Virus record (IMG/VR): IMGVR_UViG_3300031760_000001
Coordinates: 96,001-160,000 of that record
Length of the DNA stretch: 64,000 nt
Source: a virus
Taxonomy: Duplodnaviria; Caudoviricetes
Reading direction: 5' to 3' (one strand)
The position numbers were made by a program, and so were the translations under genes. Positions 1 through 11,200 of this stretch are shown piece by piece. The notes beneath the pieces were generated by a model. It did no database searches. It saw only the letters and a program-made list of their open reading frames with translations, and was not told the origin of the DNA. How positions within the stretch are numbered: position 1 is the stretch's first letter; every line of letters begins with the position of its first letter.

Positions 1-220
1 CCGTATCACCATCCTCATTGATTGTTTCAACATCAACAACAAGAGACACATCGGACGGTATCATTATAGTTGTAGGTATCTTACCGTAACACCCAACCCC
101 TGAATCTGACGCTGGATGAACCGTACTGACATTGTTCACATCAAATTCGATATAAGGAAACAGCCCTGGAACACGGGATGTTATATCTTCAAGACCATAT
201 TTTCTTTTAATTATGTTCAT
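1..220 (-). CDS. Hypothetical protein, probably virion-associated (5' part only; runs off window edge)
   Basis: ATG at 218-220 overlaps the TAA of the upstream ORF (TAATG). Frame open to the window edge: MNIIKRKYGLEDITSRVPGLFPYIEF... Not in the ORF track. Confidence 0.7.
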   Translation of the reverse strand, partial: MNIIKRKYGLEDITSRVPGLFPYIEFDVNNVSTVHPASDSGVGCYGKIPTTIMIPSDVSLVVDVETINEDGDT

Positions 221-2019
221 TAGCTAAAATTTATTCTTGCCTCATATAAATTTATATTAATAACATTTCCATCCACCGCTTGATTTACTCCGTAAGTGTC
301 TGGGTCTAGATAATAAATATGCCGTTTTGTATTAATGTCGTATTTTGCTTTTAAATGTATGTAACTATATCTTGTGTATTTTTTAATGCCATATCCACCA
401 CCATTTGACCAGTCGCCTATTATTTCTTCATTTGTTTTAAATCCTTTATTATTAAGAGTGTCTCTATATGGAGCCATCATCGGTATGTTCCTGCCATATC
501 CAGCGTGGTTAAACTCCACTTTCATATAAATGTCAGTTGGTATTGACGGTATATCGGACAATTCCCAAGTATAAAGATAAAATCCCTCACTTGAATTGTC
601 TGACAAATATTTGTTTTTTGTTGTTATTTGAGAACTAAGCCTGTAATCCTCAATAACTTCCTTATTCATTGAAGAGACATCAAGTATGTTCATAAGTGAG
701 CCATTTATATACTGACTGCCAGTGTTGACTTCCCTTTCTGCTTTGATGCCTTTTACAATATCCCCGTTATCATCAAAATAGCACTCAAAATTAGACCTTG
801 CCACAAATTTTGAATACAGTTTGTTACAATCCATAAAAACAGTAGAATACGCTAACAGACTTTGACTTCCAGTATCGTCTGAATCATAAAAAGACAAACG
901 AAGGAAAGACTTCTTTAATTTGTTTTTCTGGAATTTCACGTCGTTTGTTGTAAATCCCAAATATTTCAACAAATCAGATTGACAACTCCTATTCCATTTA
1001 TTGTCTAGTGTTGAACTGGATTGTGCATATGAATAATATTTGTTGTCAGTCCAGTTATTATTGTCACCGTCTTTAACAAAATTCCAGGAATCACTGTCAT
1101 TCACTGTCCAATCATCACCAGAATGTGCCCTGAAATGAAGATTGAAATTTATTTTGGTACAATCCTCATAAGTCTCGGTTGTCAATGTCTTTGTTTTGAC
1201 GATAACTGGTGTATATACATATTTCTCCATTTCTATTGGTGAATTGACAGCCTTTTCCTCTTCGTGTTGGACAAAATATTCTTTTATGTTAGATTCTTGA
1301 TATAAATCATTACTACTTTTCAATGAAATTGGTATATATAACTTAACATTAGTTTTAGTGATAAACACTGATTGATTATCATTTGGCATTAAGAGGGACT
1401 GATTCCACTTCATATTGTCTCGTGTAACATCCAATATACCTCGTTTACCATAATATAAATGATTTAATGGTAACTCACCTATATTACCAAACACAGCATC
1501 TGAAATGATATCAATATTCTCAATAGAGTTATCATATATCCATTTAAGTGTATTGTTGTTCATATATCTAACATCACCAATTGTTACAGTAGTATTGTTG
1601 TATTTTAAATGTAATATTATTTCTTCATTTTCATCAAAATAATGTGTTGTTTGAAATTTAAATAACCATGTTACAACATTACCATCATATTCAGCCATAA
1701 TGTCCGAAAGTTTAAGACTGGCGTATTTGTCATCCAGAAAACATATTGTTTTCTCACTTCTATCTACTGAATCAACTGTGACACTTGCATATCTACCAGA
1801 AGCTGTGGTATATTGATGACCTTCATCTATATCACCTATAAAGTAATTAACAATTAATAAACTATCACCAACATTAATTAAAGAAACATCATCACAAAAC
1901 AATGTGACATATATTTTATCATCATTGTCAATAACATTATCAACAACACTGAAATTATTATAATTTAAAGTAAATGTCTCATTACTGAATATTTGTTTAT
2001 TTAACTGGTATTTTAACAT
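220..2019 (-). CDS. Putative virion structural protein (baseplate/tail-associated), 599 aa
   Basis: Long ORF coupled to both neighbours. The C-terminal half (NFNLHFR...YLGFTTNDVKFQKNKLKKSFLRLSFYDS...IYMKVEFNHAGYG) looks like a conserved jumbo-phage structural hypothetical. Lies in the baseplate gene block. Confidence 0.6.
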   Translation of the reverse strand: MLKYQLNKQIFSNETFTLNYNNFSVVDNVIDNDDKIYVTLFCDDVSLINVGDSLLIVNYFIGDIDEGHQYTTASGRYASVTVDSVDRSEKTICFLDDKYASLKLSDIMAEYDGNVVTWLFKFQTTHYFDENEEIILHLKYNNTTVTIGDVRYMNNNTLKWIYDNSIENIDIISDAVFGNIGELPLNHLYYGKRGILDVTRDNMKWNQSLLMPNDNQSVFITKTNVKLYIPISLKSSNDLYQESNIKEYFVQHEEEKAVNSPIEMEKYVYTPVIVKTKTLTTETYEDCTKINFNLHFRAHSGDDWTVNDSDSWNFVKDGDNNNWTDNKYYSYAQSSSTLDNKWNRSCQSDLLKYLGFTTNDVKFQKNKLKKSFLRLSFYDSDDTGSQSLLAYSTVFMDCNKLYSKFVARSNFECYFDDNGDIVKGIKAEREVNTGSQYINGSLMNILDVSSMNKEVIEDYRLSSQITTKNKYLSDNSSEGFYLYTWELSDIPSIPTDIYMKVEFNHAGYGRNIPMMAPYRDTLNNKGFKTNEEIIGDWSNGGGYGIKKYTRYSYIHLKAKYDINTKRHIYYLDPDTYGVNQAVDGNVININLYEARINFS

Positions 2020-5000
2020 TGTTCTTTCAAGTCAGTTTTATTATATTCAAGTGGTGATTCGGTCTTGTCAGCCTTGCTCTCAATATCACCAAGGAACCAT
2101 TTATCTATTGCATTTAAGTTATTACAGCCATCACAATCTTGTTGTTGGTCAACATCATCACATGTTACTGTACACTTACTGCCGTCAAAATACAAACCAT
2201 TGACATTATAAGGGTCTTGTCTTTTCAAATAGAAATTAAAACAATCGTCAATATATGTGGCATTGTTAGCAAAAACATAATTGGCAACCTTTGATTCATC
2301 TGAATTTATATCCAAAATGTCCATGACATCCCTCCACAAATATGTATTTACACCCATTCTGACCGCACCAGCAGGTATGTCCATATTCTGGGCTCTTAAA
2401 GTATATGTATGGTTATTCAAATTTGTACAAATTGTAATCCAGTCAACATAATCGGGGTCATCCTTACTCACTTTCTCCATAATAAACGAATAATCATTGA
2501 CTATATAAACAACATTCAACCACCATTCTGGTGTGTTTGTTTGTACAGTGTCCCTAAGCAATACTTGAGCCTCATTTGATAGATTGTGTCTCAATGCAGT
2601 TCTTACCAAAATATATATACCATTCAGTTCATCTATCTGTACTGGAGTTGCATCTATGATTGATATATAAGAGTGTGACGCTTGTATCACTGGTGTCAAA
2701 TCCCTTAACGGTATCCTATAATGCGCTTTATAATAGTATCCTTCCTTCCTATATACCATATTTGTCGCTTTATATGTACAGATTTTGAACTCACCGTCAT
2801 AATCATCACTTACAATTTCATCAAATCTGAAAGTAACTTCACCGTTCTCATCCTTTTCCCTTTGAGCTGTATTAAATCTAAAACACACATCACTGATTGA
2901 GGTTTCCTCGCAAGTCCAGGGACAAAATTCAACAATATCCCCATAAAACCAATCATTATCAATGTTTATATCCTCTGTTGAAAATCCGTCAATTGTCTCA
3001 TTGTTAGGTATTGTTCTAACGCTAGCATCTGGATTGATTAACGTCACATCAGCGAAATCCTTCCTGATATCTCTTATGTTAACCGTGTCATTCAATTCCT
3101 GTGACAATTCAAATCCACAAGTCACTGCCCCAAAACAGTGAGAATACTCAATATCTGGGTCATTGTATAAATTATTATCACCAGTGGTGTCATCACCATC
3201 CCCAGAATACCATTTTTCATGTCCTCTGTTGGTTTTCACTATTGTCAAATACACTTCGGAAAGATTACGCCCCATATTATCCTTTAACCCACTCACATCA
3301 ATATTGTCCGTAAATACACTCTGTGCCACCTTGTCACCATATATAGTGTTTGAAAAAGCAAGCTGGTAACTTTCCTTATCCATTGTCAAACCATTTGCAC
3401 CAGGGACTTTCTTGAATTTTCTTACGTAATAACTACATTGACTGTTCTTGTTAGTCTTGGCAAATCTTATTGATATATAGTCACTCCAAATACCATTCAT
3501 TGACTGATTGACCTCTGAATTAGTATCATATATATCGTTATTAGTGAAAGCGTTGTTTATTATAGCCTGAATAAACACATTACAATCCACAGAACCATCA
3601 TAAACTATATTTCTATCATGGTTGAACAGAATATAATTAGTGGAATCGTTATCCCCATAATTCTTTACTTTAATGAATTTATCACCGTCTGACGGTATAT
3701 TTGTTAATCCACCGTCTTCATCAGTCTGGTCTGGATATTCAACAAAGTAATCATCAGTAAATTCCTTAAAATACGTCACATCCCATAAACCAGAATATTC
3801 TTCAGTTGCTATATATACCGTATTATTATGTTTGGTCAATTGACCTGGTATATATTTCTGTTTAACGTTAAAGTCCGATATTAAATTATCATCATATTCT
3901 TCATAAAAATAATCCCTCACATAATCCCACGCTGTGTACTGACCCTGATACTGACTTATGCCAGCCATTTCACACAAATATGGCGTACAGAATATCTCTT
4001 CCAATAAATCCAGATTTGTTACATAGAAATTGTATTCGGGATTCTTGTGGTTTATATCCCCAACTCCAGCAACAATATATTCAAAACGTGATTTCTTCCA
4101 TGTTCCGTTTTGTTCATCCTCATTAAAGTATATATAAACTTTATCATTAACATTCAGGTTATGTTTAGTCGCACTCCTAAAAAACACAGCTCCAAGACCG
4201 TTTGGTAACGTTCTATATCTTACTGTAATGGTTGCCAATGCATTTATATTACTATCCTTAATTAAGACAAAATCCATTTCTTTATCTCCCTCACTGGTAT
4301 GAACTTGATAGGTCATTGTACTTTCAAACGGGTATGTTATTGCATAATCCCAGTTGTATTCCAACCTGTTTCTGTATGGGTTGTATTTCGGTACAAATGA
4401 ATACAAAGTCCTGTCAGGGTACATATCAATAAACTCACAGTTACCCTTGTTGTTCATAACCCTGCTTATATCCATATCCTTACCACCTTTACTTTTAGCT
4501 GGAATAACTGATGTATTGTAAAAACCGAACCAACCGTCCTGTTCCCTTAAATTCTCACTGATAGCTTCACCAGTATAAAATGGTAATATGTCATCTTTGT
4601 CATAAAGGTGTTTCTCAACCATATTTGTGTCAGTTATTGATTTCCTGCAGCACTTTTTCAATATAGTACCGTCCGTTGAACGCATTGTGTCCTCAATTGT
4701 ATTGAATTTTTCCCAACAATTATTGTTGTTGTAATCATTAACTATGCGATAAGTCTTGTTTCTGATAATATGATTGTTGAATATGTCGAGACCTGGATGG
4801 TAATCAAAACCGATACCTTCCCTTGAATACTCTGTATTCCTTATCATATCATATATATCAACAACATCACCATTTTTACTTCCCTTACCTTTTAGTTTAC
4901 TACGGATTCTACTTAACGTCTGTCTGTCTACATTATCGTTAAACATAACAACATCAACATCATCAGACCCCTCACCCATGACAACCTCAGTGCAAGCGTT

Positions 5001-5225
5001 GAACAGAACATTGGTGCAATACGGCTTCAATGTCAATATCAATCGGTAGTTGTTACAAGCGTTACGTTCCTTAAGATATTGGTCATTAAGGTCAATCGTT
5101 GACTGCACATTATTATCATTCAATATTGAACCAGTTTGGTTGATGTCAAAGGAAACACTAGTTTGAATGTCAACACTGTCAACTGATTTACTACTATTTT
5201 TTAATATGTTAAATAACTTTGGCAT
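2013..5225 (-). CDS. Putative virion structural protein, 1070 aa
   Basis: Long ORF preceded by the late-type TATTTAT motif. Contains YYVRKFK, DNMGRNLSEVYLTIVK and GDIVEF motifs and lies in the structural block. Confidence 0.6.
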   Translation of the reverse strand: MPKLFNILKNSSKSVDSVDIQTSVSFDINQTGSILNDNNVQSTIDLNDQYLKERNACNNYRLILTLKPYCTNVLFNACTEVVMGEGSDDVDVVMFNDNVDRQTLSRIRSKLKGKGSKNGDVVDIYDMIRNTEYSREGIGFDYHPGLDIFNNHIIRNKTYRIVNDYNNNNCWEKFNTIEDTMRSTDGTILKKCCRKSITDTNMVEKHLYDKDDILPFYTGEAISENLREQDGWFGFYNTSVIPAKSKGGKDMDISRVMNNKGNCEFIDMYPDRTLYSFVPKYNPYRNRLEYNWDYAITYPFESTMTYQVHTSEGDKEMDFVLIKDSNINALATITVRYRTLPNGLGAVFFRSATKHNLNVNDKVYIYFNEDEQNGTWKKSRFEYIVAGVGDINHKNPEYNFYVTNLDLLEEIFCTPYLCEMAGISQYQGQYTAWDYVRDYFYEEYDDNLISDFNVKQKYIPGQLTKHNNTVYIATEEYSGLWDVTYFKEFTDDYFVEYPDQTDEDGGLTNIPSDGDKFIKVKNYGDNDSTNYILFNHDRNIVYDGSVDCNVFIQAIINNAFTNNDIYDTNSEVNQSMNGIWSDYISIRFAKTNKNSQCSYYVRKFKKVPGANGLTMDKESYQLAFSNTIYGDKVAQSVFTDNIDVSGLKDNMGRNLSEVYLTIVKTNRGHEKWYSGDGDDTTGDNNLYNDPDIEYSHCFGAVTCGFELSQELNDTVNIRDIRKDFADVTLINPDASVRTIPNNETIDGFSTEDINIDNDWFYGDIVEFCPWTCEETSISDVCFRFNTAQREKDENGEVTFRFDEIVSDDYDGEFKICTYKATNMVYRKEGYYYKAHYRIPLRDLTPVIQASHSYISIIDATPVQIDELNGIYILVRTALRHNLSNEAQVLLRDTVQTNTPEWWLNVVYIVNDYSFIMEKVSKDDPDYVDWITICTNLNNHTYTLRAQNMDIPAGAVRMGVNTYLWRDVMDILDINSDESKVANYVFANNATYIDDCFNFYLKRQDPYNVNGLYFDGSKCTVTCDDVDQQQDCDGCNNLNAIDKWFLGDIESKADKTESPLEYNKTDLKEQC

Positions 5226-5256
5226 ATATAATAAATATCAAAAACAGTGTTATTTT

Positions 5257-8200
5257 TTAATTGTTGTTATTGGGGTCATTGTAATCATCCATCATACTTT
5301 CTATATCTTCAAATTCTTCAATTTCAACGCCTTCACCTTCTCTACCACTAGCTGTCTGAGCATTGCATTTTCTAATGACACCACTCTTGTCTTCAATAAG
5401 AACATGTAACCAAGGTAATATCCATCCATCGTCAGACATGGCATCAGTACCCAACGATGACAAACTGATTTTTATTGCTGAAGCCCAATATACATAATCT
5501 GGAACTTCATGATAATATGTGTCAGGTGTCTCAACCTCTATGGGTTGTGTTGTATTGTTAGTATGCTCAACATAAGTACATGGTGCTTGTGGATTAGGGG
5601 TTGGGTTAGTCTCAAATAAATAATACTTACCACCAACAGGAATTTGTTCGCCTATTTTATATGTTTCATATAAATTTCTTATCTTGTAGTAGAATATTTG
5701 ATGATATTGTGATATTATATACTCTCTGTCTGGAAGGATTACTTCTTTATACTCACCATCTTGTATGTAATAAAAAGGTGTATTTCGTGGTATATGATAA
5801 CCAACATCGTACAAATGGTATTCATAGTTATTTGGTTTATCCTTGTCAGTCACTTTAATGTAACAATGTTCAGCAGTGTTTTCTGGGACTGAACAGACTT
5901 GTGTGTACAAATCTGAATTATAATCATTCTTTTCAACATCATATGTTGACACACGTACAGTAAACCTGTAATACAACATATAATAGAAATCCTCTATATA
6001 ATGTATACCGTTCTTCAATGTCTCCTCACTGGTGTAATCACGTGAGTTACGAGCTGTTATGTAAATAGCGTTCTTAATTTCGTCCCTATTGTCAAATCCA
6101 TTGTAATTATAAACAACTCTGAACCACTGTGTTTCCACTACAGGTGAAATTGTGTAATAGTCATCACATTTAGCAATAACAAAGAACTTATCATTTGGAT
6201 ATAATATATTCAACGGAATTTCACCGTCATCTGTCAAGTTATATTTCTCCCTGATATAGTTTGTAATGTTAAATGAAACAGACTTTGACTTAGATACATA
6301 ACCTGAAACCACTTTATTGTCAATGTTCAGCAATAATTCTGGCATTGTTGTAAAATAATACCTGTTGTTTACTGCGTCATAACGTAAATTGGAATTCATT
6401 GGACTTTCAGCTATACCTGTATCATAATAATACAATGGATATTCTGTGTAATCTGTATCAAACACATAATACAAACTCTGGTGTCTGGTATATCCGTCAT
6501 TATTGGTATAAAATGTCCTTGTTTTAAGGAAATCATCATATTTAGTGTCAACCTCACTTAGTCTCTTGGTATTGTTTCTACCAACCAACACAGGATTGTC
6601 AATCAACACGCTCAGAGTTCCAGCAATTGGATAACGATATTCATCACCATATCCATCAGTATATATCAAATCATCATCAAGCAATGGAATTTCGGAATAT
6701 TGATATTTGTAATCATCAGATATATCGGTATCAACTCCTGTATATTCACCATATGTAGGATTTATACCTTCAGGATAGTCCGTATATATCATACGTTTTA
6801 CATTGATATTAGAGTAAATATCATCATTACCATTAGCTGTATTAGTGTATAATTTAATTTCCTGACCACCATATTCAGCTCTGATATTTGATTTCTCTTC
6901 ATCACGCGGAATGCCATTATATAAATAACCACACATAAAACCAGGCATAAAAACATCAACACCTTTCCAATTTGTAGTAATATCTTCAAGGTTCAAAACA
7001 TTGCTGTAATAAACATGATAAATAACAGATTTATACTTATATCCTCCATATATTTCCCCTGTTGGTGGTAATTGTGGGTTATATGTCTGTTTGGTATATA
7101 TATTATTGCCATAATCGTCTGTACCCTTGACATAATATACATCACCTGAACTAAATTGTCGTTCTTCTAACCGTATTTGATTACCATTTTCAAAGAATCC
7201 ATAATATCTTGCTGTACCACCATTATTATATACATATGTATTTGTTTTTGGGTTCTTTCTAACAGCCCAACCTCCGCCGTTTAAATCATCACAACACGGA
7301 TTTTGACTTGTGAACGGATAATAACAAACACCATATCCATACAAGTCTACATTCTTGATAAGAGGACGTTGGGATTTATAAGTTCTTATTGATACTATAC
7401 TAGTCTCTGGAATATCATTAACAATATGTTGTTGATAAACAACTTCATTATTATCAATTGTTCTTAGATAATACACATCCCCATAACTAAATTCAACTGT
7501 ATCATCATATATGTAATATCTTGTTATTTCAACCAATTTCGGTGGTATTTTTATAACACCACTGTTACTAGCACCAATAAGATAAATATCATTATAATAA
7601 TCAGTTTCCCCTGGAGTAGGTACCATTGATTGTTGTAAATATGCCAAATACTCCATTGCGGTTGTTTGACCATTTTCCAGGTTATTAATAATTTTCCTTG
7701 TATAAATATTTGGATAATTTACAGTATTAACATACACATAATCACCATCATATATAATTGGATTGTAATTAACGGAATCACATTCAACAAAATTTACATC
7801 ATATAATTCACTTACTGACTGTTGAGGGTCAGGAAGAGGGTATTGAGCTAATATATTACCAACAGTTTCACCGCCACTAGCTACTGTGTGTTTATAATAC
7901 ACATCATCACCAGCTGTACCAGGGGTAAAAATATAAACATAAACTACTGTATTTTGTGGTAACAATTGATAGATATCTGTATATTGAACTCTATAATATT
8001 CATACGAATTCACAGGATATAACCAGCCAACACTACCTGTTTGAGCCAAGGCATATTCAGGATATGCTGGTATATTATTTATAAAAGCCAGCAACATATA
8101 CAGATTACTCTTTAATGGTTTGTTATAAAAATGAACAGGAAATGTTGTCACCAGGTTCTTATCACCGCCAGTATTATCAAAATTAATTATAGTGTTACTT

Positions 8201-11200
8201 GGTGGTAATATCGAATTATTATCGTTTATTATTGACACATAGTACGGGTGTTTAGTTTTATCATGTAAATGATAAGGGGCAAAATTATCTAATTTCTCAA
8301 AATACTTTCCTGGACCGTCAACTGTTAAATATATAGTAGATTGGGTATTATTAGTATGACCGATATATGTTGATGTTGTCTTGTTGTATGTGTAGTACAC
8401 ACCATTTTCAGGTATACGCTTCTGTGTTGGTCGGGGTTCACCATGCCAATAATCCTCATATTCAATGTTCTTTCTGTATATAGTTTCGGCTATGTGTTTA
8501 TCATACTTATATTGTCCAACACTCTTACGGTTACTAGTCATTATCGCTTGATATTCCTTATAATCATCTTCATAATAATATTCATTCAAAGGATTAACTG
8601 TAATATCTTGTTCTGCAATATTTCTAGTGTAATTATCACCATTCCTTGTGTAATAAGCTTCACCTTCACTTATTTGGGCACCTGCTTTATATTTGAAATA
8701 TTTTATATAATATAAATCCCCGTTATTTAAATACTCATTGTTTGTAAGTACTCTAAAATTTGTACCACAAGTCAGTGTTGGATTTTTAAAGGTTAATGAA
8801 TATGTTTCCAAATTCTTATCCACCACATAACCATCCATAATATACATATCATTTGATACTGAAGCATATTTTGTGTTATTAATATCACTTGTTTTTTGTA
8901 AATTCAGTGACACAATGCGTTTTGACGATGTGTTGGCTGTAATAGTAAACTTAGAATTTGGTCTGTAATCATAAAGTACATTGGATACACTTGATTCCTC
9001 ATTTCCAACTATCAAATACCTGACAGGTCTGGCTTTAGTCTTTGATGTAATGGTCAACATTGTCTCACTATCGTTTATCCTAAAAACACCAGCCACCTGT
9101 CTTGAAAACTCACCTCTAGCGTCAATGATATCATTTATACTGTCAATGAACTCCCTATATTCAAAGAAGGACATACAAGCCAAATCAACATATTCAATGT
9201 TTGGATTACTCTGTGCCACATATGTTACTTCACCATTCTCGTTTTCTCTGGCAACATGTATAGCACCTACATAATAATTTGCTGTTAATAAAATGGAATC
9301 GTATCTTGTTACGTTTTCCGTTGTTTGTGCAACATTTTCAAAATAATCTTCATCCAAAACTGCTTCAATGATATGATTTTGGTCTGTATAATATACTACA
9401 TTACGTTGTATATCTGTTTGGGATATTGGGTTACCATTAACATCATATAAACTAACATCTGGTGCAATGGTATATGTATACACGTTTTTCTGTACAGTAC
9501 CCTTTTCGTAATCATCAGGATTATAACTAGCAGCATTGAAACAGTATTCGTCAGTCCATGTATAAGGGGTTGTACTTCCAGCACCACCACCGTTGTGCTC
9601 ATATGAGGTGGATAACACATTACATATAGCAATAACCTCACTTTTACTTAAAGTAGTATAACCAATTTTAGTTAAAGGTTTTGTAATACTACCATATGTA
9701 TATTTGCCAATATTCAATATATCATTCCAACCGCTTAATCTGGACTCCTCAAATGATGAGTGGTTACCACCATCATCTTCAAAAACGCCATTTTCTAACT
9801 GATAATCGTTCCAACCACTATTAAAACCACTGATTACATCATAATCAATACCATTAATATACATTTTGAATTCATCCTCATATACAATCACATTAATTGT
9901 TGTGACATTATCTGATTCTCCGCCATCAAGACCGCATAATTGGGTAACAGTTATCCTATATCTTTGGCTGCCATAAGGAACGCCAAAATAAAACGTTGTA
10001 ACATCATCATATGTTATGTGCCCAAGATATCCACAAATATCTGGTGGTGGGGCAGTTGGGTTATTTGGTGTAACAGTTGCAACTCCATCAACAAAGTGAA
10101 CATCCACAGAAGTACCAATATAATTATTACCAAAGAAAACCTCATTAATTGGTTTTAACTCAATTCTAAAGTCACTCTCACTAACATCTGACAATGAAAT
10201 AAATCCATATATTTCCCTATCTAATCTTGGTTCATGTTTATAATAATATTCATTTTCATTTATGACAGTAATGTTACTTATCGCCGTATGCTCTTCATAT
10301 GTTGATGTTATTGAATCTAACGTATAATAGGTTTCACCAGTCTTTATTATATAGCCAACTTCATATGATGAATACAACAAACTATCAGGGTTTCCTTCGA
10401 AATATCCACAATTGGCGATATTTGTATAAGTATAATATATATCATCTGGGTTGTCAAGGTCTTTAAATTTTGCCAACAATTCATTGTTTTTACAATTAAA
10501 TGGATTAACATCACACACAAAACCAATTCTAGGCAATTCAAAAGTAATCTCATCATAATAAACATTATCATAACCGTCAGTCAATTCAATCGTATACCTG
10601 CCACTTGGCATTATATCCACAATCTGCGTTGAATTGTCAGAATTATCATTTGCTTTTTTTATAAGATTATAAATTCTGTATTTCTCATAACCCTCTGGTA
10701 TGACATCACCACCAGAAAATATAAATTTACTTTGACTTATACTTGTCTGATAATAAACATCATTTTTATCCTTATCAGTAAATTTGACTGTATATGGTGC
10801 GTCAACATTCATATTGAAAGCAATAAAACCATCCAACGTATCTCGTGGACACCAACTGTTTCCCTGATATGTCATATCATATGGAACATCGGAAGCTGTC
10901 TTATTAGTACAGTCAGAGAAAAATTCATTGTTAAACTTGTCAATGGCAGTCTTTCCCTCATTCAAACCAAAATAGAAATAAAATGAATTTTCAAATCTAG
11001 GCTGACGGTTCTTACCATCCACACTGATAATACCTCTAGTAGTTGCTACCTTAGCCGAAATATTGTTGTTTTCGTAAAAGTATATCTTCTTGTTGTTTCT
11101 TTTGACATAATCACCATATCTGAAATTCAGATAAGCGTCACTTGATTTCTCCAAATTATAATTTCCTACATAGTTTGCTTTATCCAAAAAATCACTTTTC

